Source: Vicinamibacterales bacterium (GTDB lineage: Bacteria > Acidobacteriota > Vicinamibacteria > Vicinamibacterales > UBA8438). Taken from it: a stretch of 64,000 nt of DNA. Below are positions 35,679 to 43,956 of this stretch, piece by piece (position 1 is the first letter of the stretch; each line of letters opens with the position of its first letter). The stretch covers positions 2,905,704 through 2,969,703 of the forward strand of contig CBDBMV010000002.1 of NCBI GenBank assembly GCA_965207665.1, written 5' to 3'. Below the pieces are notes generated by a model. That model did no database searches, was not told the DNA's origin, and was given only the letters and a program-made list of their open reading frames with translations. Both the position numbers and the translations under genes were made by a program.

Positions 35679-37208
35679 ATGGAGACCACCTCGGCGCTGC
35701 TACAGGGATTCGCGGTCGTCCTGCAGGACGGGAACCTGCTGTGGGCGTTCGTCGGGGTGGTGCTGGGAACCATTGTCGGCATCCTGCCCGGCATCGGGCC
35801 CGCGCTGACCGTGGCCCTGCTGCTGCCCGTCACCTTCCAGCTCGGACCGGTCGGCGCGTTCATCATGTTCGCGGGTGTCTACGCCGGCGCGATGTACGGC
35901 GGCTCGACCACGTCGATACTGATGAACACGCCCGGCGAGAGCGGCGCCATGATCACCGCCATCGACGGGCACCGCATGGCGCGCGCCGGACGGGCGTCCG
36001 CGGCGCTGGCGACGGCGGCCATCGGCTCGTTCGTGGCCGGCACCCTCGGTGTGGTGGGGCTGACCGCCGCCGCCCCGGCCCTGGCCGAGATCGCCCTGCG
36101 GTTCGGGCCGGCCGAGTACTTCGCGCTGATCCTGGTCGCGTTCGCGACGATCTCGTCGGTGCTGGGCGCCTCGCCGCTGCGCGGCCTGCTCAGCCTGCTG
36201 CTCGGCCTAGCGCTGGGTCTTGTAGGCATCGACCTGCAGACCGGGCAGGCACGCTACACGTTCGGCATCCCGCACCTGCTCGACGGCATCGACGTCGTGG
36301 TCGTTGTCATCGGGCTGTTCGCCGTCGGCGAGGTCCTGCTGCTGGCGGCCGTTCCCCCGGCGGGCGGCGCAGCAACCCGCGTCGGCGGCTGGACGTGGAT
36401 GACCCGCACTGACCTGAGGCGTTCCTGGAAACCCTGGTTGCGAGGCGCGTGCGTGGGATTCCCGCTGGGCGCGCTGCCGATCGGCGGCGCGGAGATTCCG
36501 ACGTTCCTTTCCTATTGGATGGAAAAGAAGCTGTCGCGCCGGCCGGAGGAATTCGGCCACGGGGCAATCGAGGGCGTCGCGGGACCCGAGGCGGCCAACA
36601 ACGCGGCGGCGGCCGGAGTGCTCGTGCCGCTGCTCACCCTGGGCCTGCCGACCTCGGCGACGGCCGCCATCATGCTCGCGGCGTTTCAGCAGCACAACCT
36701 GCAGCCGGGGCCGCTGCTGTTCACGTCGCAGCCCGAGCTGGTGTGGGGACTCATCGCGAGCCTGTACGTCGGCAACGTCATGCTGCTGGTCCTCAACCTG
36801 CCCCTGGCGCCGGTGTGGGCGCGCCTGCTGGCCATCCCCCGGCCCCTGCTGGCAGCCGGCATCGTGCTGTTCGCCACGGTCGGCACCTACAGCCTGAACG
36901 GTTCGCTGTTCGACGTCGGGCTGATGTACGGGATCGGACTGGTCGGATTCGGCATGCGGCGGCTCGACGTGCCGGTGGCGCCGGCGGTGATCGGGCTGAT
37001 CCTCGGCCCGCTGGCCGAGCAGCAACTGCGGCGGGCGCTGGCGATCGCCGAGGGCGACGTGACCGTGCTCTTCACGCGCCCGCTTTCGGGCGCGCTGCTG
37101 CTGCTCGCCGCCGCGGCGCTGCTGCTCCCCTGGCTGCTGCGGCGCGTCAGCAAGGCGCGCACGGCGCGTCTCGGCAAGCCCGGCGCGGGGCGAAGGGGTC
37201 CCCGCTAG
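35679..37208 (+). CDS. tctA: Tripartite tricarboxylate transporter large permease subunit
   Basis: Start re-set to the ATG at 35679 ([15 protein letters not shown]...). GILPGIGPA...[19 protein letters not shown]... is the TctA signature, and the protein is polytopic throughout. The last 19 codons and the stop lie inside repeat copy C. Confidence 0.9.
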   Translation: METTSALLQGFAVVLQDGNLLWAFVGVVLGTIVGILPGIGPALTVALLLPVTFQLGPVGAFIMFAGVYAGAMYGGSTTSILMNTPGESGAMITAIDGHRMARAGRASAALATAAIGSFVAGTLGVVGLTAAAPALAEIALRFGPAEYFALILVAFATISSVLGASPLRGLLSLLLGLALGLVGIDLQTGQARYTFGIPHLLDGIDVVVVVIGLFAVGEVLLLAAVPPAGGAATRVGGWTWMTRTDLRRSWKPWLRGACVGFPLGALPIGGAEIPTFLSYWMEKKLSRRPEEFGHGAIEGVAGPEAANNAAAAGVLVPLLTLGLPTSATAAIMLAAFQQHNLQPGPLLFTSQPELVWGLIASLYVGNVMLLVLNLPLAPVWARLLAIPRPLLAAGIVLFATVGTYSLNGSLFDVGLMYGIGLVGFGMRRLDVPVAPAVIGLILGPLAEQQLRRALAIAEGDVTVLFTRPLSGALLLLAAAALLLPWLLRRVSKARTARLGKPGAGRRGPR

Positions 37209-37247
37209 GGCTTGCCGGGGGGCTTGGGGGCGCAGCCCCCATCTAGC
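37152..37247 (+). repeat. Structured intergenic repeat, copy C
   Basis: 96 nt. The outer stem cggcaagccc/gggcttgccg is fully compensated relative to copies A and B. The terminal hairpin is gggggc-gca-gccccc, followed by the same 3' tail catctagc as copy A. It overlaps the tctA 3' end and contains the TAG stop (37243-37245) of the minus-strand gene. Confidence 0.8.
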
Positions 37248-38466
37248 GAAGCCCCGAGATGGGAGCGGACAGCGAGAGCCGGACCTCCTCCGGCAGATAG
37301 CACACCGTGTCGCTGCACACCTGATAGTCCACGACGACGTCCAGATCGACCGTCTCCCGCCCCCCTTCGAAGAGCTCCGCCATCGCCGTGACCGGAAACG
37401 CGATGTCGGCCGACCCTTCGTAGACGTTCAACGTCACGTCGAGCGCGTCGAAACGCATCGCCATCGTCGGCGGATAGACGGCCTCGCCGATCTCCAGGCC
37501 GTCGACGGGCTCCAGCCGGACCGTGGTCGGGTAGTAGTCGTCGGGGAGCGGCTCCGCGTAGATGTGGTAGCCCTCCTCCATCTCGACGCGCACGTTGAGT
37601 GTGCTCGCCACCTCCAGCGTGAGCTGCGGATCCGACAGAAAGGCGGTGAACCTTGCCCGCGGGGCGCCATGGTCCGCGGCGGGCGCCTCCTCGTGGCGCA
37701 GCGCACGCCCCAGGGCCGAGTCGAGGAGCGTGCCCGCCGAAGTCCGCGTGGCGTAGTGCTTGTTGAAGAACTTCTCGGTCACCACGCCGTCCCCGTCGAC
37801 GACGTACGTGCCCGGAAACGGGAGCCCGTAGAAGTTTTCTGCCAGCGGCCCCTCCGGCTCGATGAGGGTGTTCAGGATGCCGAACTGCGTGATCACCGCC
37901 GAGTCGTCGTCGGCCAGCAGGTCGTACCCGATGCCGTGCTGGTCGGAAAACGCGGCCAGCTCGGAAACCGAGTCGTAGCTGACGCCGTAGATCTTGTACC
38001 CGGCCGCCCCGAAGTCTTGCAGTTGTCCCTGCAGCTCGACCAGCTGCGTCTGGCAGTACGGTCACCAGACCGCCGAGCGGTAGAACACGACGACGGCCCC
38101 CTGCCCGCCCCGGTGGGCGTGAAAGTCCACCGGCTCGCCGTGCTGGTTCGGGAGGGAGAAATCCGGCAGCCGCTCGCCGAGCGCCGGTCCGGTCGGGAAT
38201 TCCATTGTGGCCGGATAGCGGCGGGCCGGGAAGTCGACCCCCATGCCGTCGACGCGCAGACCGCGTTCGTCCGTGTCCGTTTCCTGCGGGTTGGCGAACG
38301 CCTCGTGGGCGCCGCGCACGGCGGCTCCCTCCGGCGACGTTTCAGCCTGCATGTCACCCGCGGGAGCGGGCGGCTCGGTGCTCGCACACCCTGCCGCACC
38401 CAATGCCGCCAGCAGAATCCCGGGCGCCGCCATCCGCCCGCTTACCTTCCACGCGCCAAGTCGCAT
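37243..38466 (-). CDS. Candidate selenoprotein: lipoprotein with an AhpC/TSA-redoxin-type thioredoxin fold (U-x-x-C) fused to a DsbD-alpha/PF11412-like domain; in-frame TGA at 38064-38062
   Basis: Track ORFs 38062..38466 and 37243..37896 are in the same frame, and there is no other stop between them. Read-through gives LPDFSLPNQHGEPVDFHAHRGGQGAVVVFYRSAVW-[TGA]-PYCQTQLVELQGQLQDFGAAGYKIYGVS.... Lipobox LLAALGAAGC. C-terminal part: EEGYHIYAEPLPDDYYPTTVRLEP ... YQVCSDTVCYLPE. Confidence 0.7.
38031..38047 (-). promoter_or_regulatory. SECIS-like hairpin 14 nt downstream of the UGA
   Basis: The mRNA reads GCAGCU-GGUCG-AGCUGC: a 6-bp stem with a GGU-containing loop. The loop GGU is at nt 24-26 counted from the U of UGA. 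By my recollection the E. coli fdhF SECIS has it at about nt 22-24. Confidence 0.5.
38062..38064 (-). other. In-frame UGA at the position of the first Cys of W-C-P-Y-C (putative Sec codon)
   Basis: Plus-strand tca at 38062-38064. The flanking codons read W (38067-38065) and P-Y-C (38061-38053). Confidence 0.65.
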
Positions 38467-38537
38467 GCGTCCCCTCCCATTGCCGGAATTGGAATCCGGA
38501 CGCGGCTACGATACCGTTCGCGGCGGCGGATCTTCAA

Positions 38538-40664
38538 GTGCACGACCAGCGCGCGACACGCATTTCGACCTGCCCGCTCTGCGAGGCCATGTGCGGCATC
38601 CTCGTGGAGGTCGACGGACAGCGCATAGCGGCGGTCCGGGGCGACCCGGACGATCCCTTCAGCCGGGGCTACGTCTGCCCCAAGGCAGCCGCCCTTATCG
38701 ATCTGCACCACGACCCGGACCGCATCCGCACTCCGCTGATCCGCGAGGGCTCAACATGGCGCGAGGCGTCCTGGTCAGAAGCGTTCGAACGCGCCGCGGA
38801 GGGACTTGTCGGCGTGCGGCGCCGGCAGGGCCGGGACGCGGTCGGCGTGTACTACGGCAATCCGGTCGCCCACAACCTGGGACTGATCACCCACCTGCTG
38901 CCGTTCACGCGCGCGCTGCGCACCCGCAACATCTTCTCCGCGAGCTCGGCCGACCAGTTGCCGCAAATGCTCGTGGCGCTGCGCATGTTCGGTCACTTCG
39001 CATCGATTCCGGTCGCGGACATCGAGCGCACCGGCTTCTTCCTGATCCTCGGCGCGAACCCGCTGGCGTCGAACGGCAGCCTGATGAGCGCTCCGGACAT
39101 GCGCCGGCGCCTGGCGGCCATTCGCGCGCGGGGCGGGCGCGTGGTCGTCGTCGACCCCCGCCACACGGAGACGGCCGCAGCGGCAGATCAGCACCTGGCC
39201 ATACGGCCGGGTGCGGACGCGTTGCTCCTGGCGGCCATGCTGCACGTGATATTCGCGGAGCGGCGGACGCGCCTCGGCGCGCTTGCGGGGCGCGTGAGGG
39301 GCCTCGACGCGCTCGCCGCTCTCGTCCGTGATTTCCCGCCGGAGCGGGTGGCGCTCCGAACCGGCATCGACGCATCGGACGTTCGCCGCCTTGCCATCGA
39401 CTTCGCCTCCGCGAACCGGGCGGCCGGCTACGGCCGCGTAGGACTGTGCACGCAGCGCCACGGAACGCTCGCGGTCTGGCTGCTGCAGGCGCTGAACCTG
39501 GTGACGGGCCGCATCGATGCGGAGGGCGGGCTGCTACTGACGACGCCCGCCGTCGACGCCATCGATGTCCTCTCGCGGATCGGCCTGCGCGGGACGTTCG
39601 ATCGCTGGCGCGGCGGCAAGGACCAACTGCCGGAGTTCACCGGCGAGCTGCCCGTCGCGGCGCTCGCGGATCAAATCGAGTCCGCCGGCCCACAGTCGGT
39701 CAGAGCACTGATCACCGTCGCCGGCAACCCCGTGCTGTCCGCGCCCAACGGGGCGCGCCTCGACCGGGCGCTCGGCAATCTCGATCACATGGTAGCGATT
39801 GACCCGTACCTGAACGAGACGACGCGCCACGCGGACGTCGTGCTGCCGCCCGCGCCGCCGCTGGCGCGCGCGCACTACGACCTGGCCCTCAACGTGTTTG
39901 CCGTGCGCAACGTGGCCAAGTACGCCGAGCCGGTCGTGGCGCGCACGCCGGACCAGCGGCACGACTGGGAGATCCTCGGTGAGTTGGCGGCGCGCGTCCT
40001 CTCGCCGCGAGTGTTCCGCCGCCCGGCGCTGCGCGCCGCCGGGCAGCTCAGGCCGGACCGCATTCTCGACCTGCTGCTGCGGCTGGGGCCGCACAAGCTG
40101 TCGCTCGCACGGTTGCGGGAGGCGCCGCACGGCCTCGACCTGGGGCCGCTGCAGCCGGGGCGCATCGCCAGGCGCATCGCCACACCGGACGGGAAGATCG
40201 ACGCCGCTCCCGAGGAATTCGTGCGGGAGGCGCGCGCAGGACTGCCGGCCGAGGCCGACCGCGGCACGAACGGCGATCTGGCGCTGATCGGACGACGCCA
40301 GCTCCGCAGCAACAACTCCTGGCTGCACAACAGCGCCCGGCTGCTGGGCGGCGATCACGGCTGCACGCTGCTCGTGCATCCCGCCGACGCGGCGCCGCGC
40401 CGACTCGCCAGCGGCGACCTGGCCGAGCTCCAATCGGATGCCGGCGCCGTCACGGTCCCGGTCGAGGTAACCGACGCGGTGCGCCCGGGCGTTGTCAGCC
40501 TACCCCACGGCTGGGGCCATGACCGGGACGGCGTGCGGCTCGGCGTCGCGCGCGATCATGCCGGCGCAAGCGTCAATGACGTGACCAGCGAGCGCTTCCT
40601 CGACACGCTCAGCGGCAACGCCGCCTTCAACGGCGTCCCGGTGACCCTGCGACCACGACGGTGA
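38538..40664 (+). CDS. Molybdopterin (bis-MGD) oxidoreductase family protein
   Basis: There is no in-frame ATG near the conserved N-terminus. The GTG at 38538 gives (M)HDQRATRISTCPLCEAMCGILVEV...YVCPK (Fe-S Cys cluster). Then ...ILGANPLASNGS..., RGGRVVVVDPRHTETA, and C-terminal ...VHPADAAP...G..V.L.S..G...V.V.V.D.V.PGVVS.PHGWGH (MopB C-terminal barrel). The predicted Mo-ligand region IFSASSADQ has Ser, not Cys or Sec. Confidence 0.8.
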   Translation: MHDQRATRISTCPLCEAMCGILVEVDGQRIAAVRGDPDDPFSRGYVCPKAAALIDLHHDPDRIRTPLIREGSTWREASWSEAFERAAEGLVGVRRRQGRDAVGVYYGNPVAHNLGLITHLLPFTRALRTRNIFSASSADQLPQMLVALRMFGHFASIPVADIERTGFFLILGANPLASNGSLMSAPDMRRRLAAIRARGGRVVVVDPRHTETAAAADQHLAIRPGADALLLAAMLHVIFAERRTRLGALAGRVRGLDALAALVRDFPPERVALRTGIDASDVRRLAIDFASANRAAGYGRVGLCTQRHGTLAVWLLQALNLVTGRIDAEGGLLLTTPAVDAIDVLSRIGLRGTFDRWRGGKDQLPEFTGELPVAALADQIESAGPQSVRALITVAGNPVLSAPNGARLDRALGNLDHMVAIDPYLNETTRHADVVLPPAPPLARAHYDLALNVFAVRNVAKYAEPVVARTPDQRHDWEILGELAARVLSPRVFRRPALRAAGQLRPDRILDLLLRLGPHKLSLARLREAPHGLDLGPLQPGRIARRIATPDGKIDAAPEEFVREARAGLPAEADRGTNGDLALIGRRQLRSNNSWLHNSARLLGGDHGCTLLVHPADAAPRRLASGDLAELQSDAGAVTVPVEVTDAVRPGVVSLPHGWGHDRDGVRLGVARDHAGASVNDVTSERFLDTLSGNAAFNGVPVTLRPRR

Positions 40665-41559
40665 TGTCTTCCGCCGCGGTCAGGCCGCCGTCGTGGGCCA
40701 GGCAGCGCAGGACGTAGGTGCCCGGCTGGCTGAACGTCGCCTGCACCTCCCAGGTGGCGTCCGGCGGGACCGGCGGCACCGTCCAGCCGGGCGCCCACGG
40801 CGAGTCCGAGCCCTCGCGGGTATCCTCCCAGGCCCTGAACTGCTCCGGCTCGAAGGCCACCTTGCCGGCGCCGCGGTAGACGAACCAGGCCAGACGCAGG
40901 CCGCGGGCGGCGTTCTTGGTGACGCGTCCGGGGCGCTCGGGGTCGGTCGGCGGCAGTGCGGCGGGCGTCAACAGGCCGTCGTCGTCCACGCGGGCTCGCA
41001 GCGTCAGCGGCTTGCCGGCCGCGACTTCCCGGGTGGTCCCGCCTTCCACGTCCAACGCCGGGGCCTTGTTGACGAGCAGCTCGTCGTGGGCCGGCGCGCC
41101 GTTGTTGCGCTGCAGGACGAGGTCATCGATGAAGTAGTCGGGATGGAGCGTCGCGTAGGCCCGCTTCGTCTCGCCGTTGGGGCTCGTCAGCGTCCACACC
41201 ACCTCGTTGTCACCGAAGTCCGCGGGTACGCGCACGCGGAAGAGGAAGCGGTTGCGCCGCGGCAGGAAGTGCGTCGGCTGACCCCGATCGGGGCCGCCCG
41301 GCTCGAGGTTGTTCGCCGGGCCGATCGGGATGTCGATCTCTTCTGCCCAGTTGCGGTTCATGGTGCCGAACACCAGGTTGAAGGACCCGTCGGCGTTGCG
41401 CTCCCAACCCTCGTAGGCCGGCATCACCGCCTGCCCGGTCAGAAACCGCTGCTGGGCCGCTACCGGCGCACTGCCCGCTACGAGCATGCCGGCTGCCAAT
41501 ACAAGCGCGCCGGCGCGTACGGCGTGCCGGCGCACACGACGCGGGCGGGTGTTGATCAT
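40627..41559 (-). CDS. Secreted hypothetical protein (operonic with the haem-c/PHM-like gene)
   Basis: The track ORF 40627..42480 is over-extended. The ATG at 41559 gives MINTRPRRVRRHAVRAGALVLAAGMLVAGSAPVAAQ. It starts 8 nt after the stop of 41568..43010. Its 3' end overlaps the convergent Mo-enzyme gene by 38 nt. Confidence 0.6.
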   Translation of the reverse strand: MINTRPRRVRRHAVRAGALVLAAGMLVAGSAPVAAQQRFLTGQAVMPAYEGWERNADGSFNLVFGTMNRNWAEEIDIPIGPANNLEPGGPDRGQPTHFLPRRNRFLFRVRVPADFGDNEVVWTLTSPNGETKRAYATLHPDYFIDDLVLQRNNGAPAHDELLVNKAPALDVEGGTTREVAAGKPLTLRARVDDDGLLTPAALPPTDPERPGRVTKNAARGLRLAWFVYRGAGKVAFEPEQFRAWEDTREGSDSPWAPGWTVPPVPPDATWEVQATFSQPGTYVLRCLAHDGGLTAAEDITVVVAGSPGRR

Positions 41560-41567
41560 GGGGACTG

Positions 41568-43010
41568 CTACTGCTCGGCGCCGCTGTCGCCCAACGGATC
41601 GTCCAGACCGCACAACGGACAGCCCACCACGGTGTCTCCAGTCTCGATGCCGAGCCGCTGCCGGCGGTCCGCGATCTCCTCCGCGAACTGTTCGTCCGTC
41701 AGGTAGATGCCGCGCGCCAGGTTGATCAACATCTGATCGACGGAACGCATGCCCGCGCCCGACCAGTTCCTGGGATCCGTGACGTTGGGATTCGTCGGCG
41801 AGTTGTTGAAGTAGCCGACCAGGCGCAGGATCGTGCCTTTCGGCAACAGCGGCGCTGCATCGTCCGCGTAGGTATAGACCCTGACCCAACTGTGGTCGTA
41901 CCCCACGCAGTTCAGCGTCTCCCGCATCTGGCCCCAGATCGCTTCCAGGCACATGCGCACGCCGGCCGCGTGCATGTGGGGCTCGAAGATGGTCATCTTC
42001 AGGTGCCGCGGGACCGTGAAGTAGATGTCGATCTCCTGGTCGGGATCCATCGGCTCCAGGTCGAGGTCCACGCTGGCCCAGGTGACGCCCTGCTCGTGCA
42101 CCTTCGGCTCGTATCCGCGCGGATGGAACTTGAATGCGACGTCCAGGCGGGCGCGCGTGTCCATGCCGTTGGAGTGCAGGTGGCCGTTCGGGAACACGAC
42201 GGTCGCCCCTGTCGGCATCAACCGGCCGGCGTCGGGGTCGAAGACGTCGGCGTTGCGGCCCACCTCGTGGGTCGGCCAGCCGCCGAGCCGCTGGCGTTCC
42301 TGGACCGTGTCGTCCGCATTGGGATCCACAACGGCAAGCACTGCGTGATGGAACACGAACAGTCCACCCACCGTGTTGCGCGCGGATCCGCTTTGCGACT
42401 CCGTGACCTCCTTGAATTCCAGCGCGGCGACGTAGCGGTCCTCCGTCAGGCCGCTCGGCGCCTCGCCGTGCGGCCCCCACCAGTCTGGCGCATCGGCGGC
42501 CACTTCGACGCTCGGCGACGACACGACCAGATCAGGTTGTCCTATTTCCCACTCATCCACGTCGATGAACGCCATGGGCGGCGGCATGTCGGCCGGATCG
42601 CCCAGCGGCGCGCCGCTGTCCGCCCACGCCGCGATCTTCGCGATCTCCTCGTCGCTCAGGGAAGGATCGTTCTTGAAGCGCTGGATGCCGATGTCCTTCT
42701 CGACGTACCAGGGCGGCATCGCCCCCGGCTTGTCCCGCAGCCCGGTCCGGTGCTTGATGGAGCGCGCCCAGGGACGCACCTCCTCGTAGTCGATCAGCGA
42801 CATCGGGGCCAGCGAATCGGGCCTGTGGCAGCGCTGGCAGCTCCGCTGCAGGATCGGGGCGATGTCATTCGTGAACGTCACCTGCTCGCGCGGTTCGACC
42901 TGTCCGGCCGCCGCGAGCGGCAACGCCGCAACGCCGAGGACGGCCGAACAACCGGCCGCCAGCAGTCGCGCCCGCCAGCGGCCGTTCCATCCGGTCCATC
43001 CGGCTGTCAT
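41568..43010 (-). CDS. Secreted haem-c (CxxCH) protein with PHM/DBH-like copper monooxygenase motifs, paralogue 2
   Basis: 480 aa. CQRCH followed by MSLIDYEEVRPWARSIKHRTG...MPPWYVEK; HH (VFHHAVL), HMH (EPHMHAAGVRM) and SVDQM. Colinear with 13005..14423. Confidence 0.7.
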   Translation of the reverse strand: MTAGWTGWNGRWRARLLAAGCSAVLGVAALPLAAAGQVEPREQVTFTNDIAPILQRSCQRCHRPDSLAPMSLIDYEEVRPWARSIKHRTGLRDKPGAMPPWYVEKDIGIQRFKNDPSLSDEEIAKIAAWADSGAPLGDPADMPPPMAFIDVDEWEIGQPDLVVSSPSVEVAADAPDWWGPHGEAPSGLTEDRYVAALEFKEVTESQSGSARNTVGGLFVFHHAVLAVVDPNADDTVQERQRLGGWPTHEVGRNADVFDPDAGRLMPTGATVVFPNGHLHSNGMDTRARLDVAFKFHPRGYEPKVHEQGVTWASVDLDLEPMDPDQEIDIYFTVPRHLKMTIFEPHMHAAGVRMCLEAIWGQMRETLNCVGYDHSWVRVYTYADDAAPLLPKGTILRLVGYFNNSPTNPNVTDPRNWSGAGMRSVDQMLINLARGIYLTDEQFAEEIADRRQRLGIETGDTVVGCPLCGLDDPLGDSGAEQ

Positions 43011-43068
43011 CAGTTGCTCCCTTTGTTGCCGCGAATCCGGCGCCGGTAGCCCCTGTCAGGTCCGGGCT

Positions 43069-43947
43069 TCAGCCCTCACCCGCGAGCTCGGCGTAAACCG
43101 CTGTCAGGAACCGCTCGGGATCGCCCCACTTGCCCTCGTACGCCGCGGTCGTCCCGGCGGCGGCCACCTGCTCGTAGGTCATCCCCTGCTCCACCAACTC
43201 CGCCACCTTTCCGGAGACGTCGATCACCATGTCGCGGAACTCGACCACGTCCTCGCGCGTCGACACCACGCCGTGGCCCGGCAGGATGAGCGTATCGGGG
43301 CTGGCCCGACCCGCGATGATCCCCAGCGTCTCGATGGTGCCGGGCAGGCTGCCGCCGTTGTTGCGATCAATTACCGGGAACGCGACCGTGCGGAACACGT
43401 CGCCGACCACCATCACATCCGAGCCCTTGAAGTGGATGACGCTGTCGCCGTCGGTGTGCGAGGCGGGCACGGGGAAGATGTGCACGTCCTCGCCGTTCAG
43501 GTGGATCGTCACGTCCTGGCTGTAAGTGAGGGCCGGCAGCGCGACCGGCGGCATGGTCTCTGCCAGCCGCAGCCGCACGCGGTCCTGGGCCACGATGAGG
43601 ACACCCATGCGGCCAAAGTTCTCGTTGCCGCCCACGTGGTCCCCGTGCACGTGGGTGTTGATGAGGAAGCGGATATCGCCGTTGGATATCCCGCGGATTG
43701 CCGCCAGGATGCGATCGGTCAACGGGGCGAACTGGTCGTCCACCATGATGACCCCGTCGTCGCCCACGGACAGGCCGACGTGGCCGCCGCGGCCCGAGAC
43801 GTAGTGCACCGTCCCGCGCACGTGGTGCGTGTCGATCTCCACCGCGTCCCAGTCCACATCGCCGCGCTGGGCGCGCGTCGCCACCGTCAGCAGCACCGCC
43901 GGGAGGCCCAGCAGCAAGCCCAGACGAATCAATGTCGAGCGTGTCAT
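43069..43947 (-). CDS. Secreted MBL-fold metallo-hydrolase
   Basis: Signal peptide MTRSTLIRLGLLLGLPAVLLTVATRAQ and the H-x-H-x-D-H motif (NTHVHGDHVGGN). The track start is the GTG at 43950; an ATG lies at 43947. Confidence 0.85.
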   Translation of the reverse strand: MTRSTLIRLGLLLGLPAVLLTVATRAQRGDVDWDAVEIDTHHVRGTVHYVSGRGGHVGLSVGDDGVIMVDDQFAPLTDRILAAIRGISNGDIRFLINTHVHGDHVGGNENFGRMGVLIVAQDRVRLRLAETMPPVALPALTYSQDVTIHLNGEDVHIFPVPASHTDGDSVIHFKGSDVMVVGDVFRTVAFPVIDRNNGGSLPGTIETLGIIAGRASPDTLILPGHGVVSTREDVVEFRDMVIDVSGKVAELVEQGMTYEQVAAAGTTAAYEGKWGDPERFLTAVYAELAGEG

Positions 43948-43956
43948 CACCTTCTC

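Noticed and set aside
38467-38537. Moco riboswitch or other leader element upstream of the molybdoenzyme gene
   Set aside because: The divergent intergenic region is only ~70 nt. It is too short for the ~130-nt Moco motif, and I see no matching conserved helices.
38538-40664. The molybdoenzyme next to the candidate selenoprotein as a second selenoprotein (formate-dehydrogenase-like Sec)
   Set aside because: The ORF has no in-frame TGA. The predicted Mo-ligand region reads IFSASSADQ, with Ser at the position where formate dehydrogenases carry Cys or Sec.
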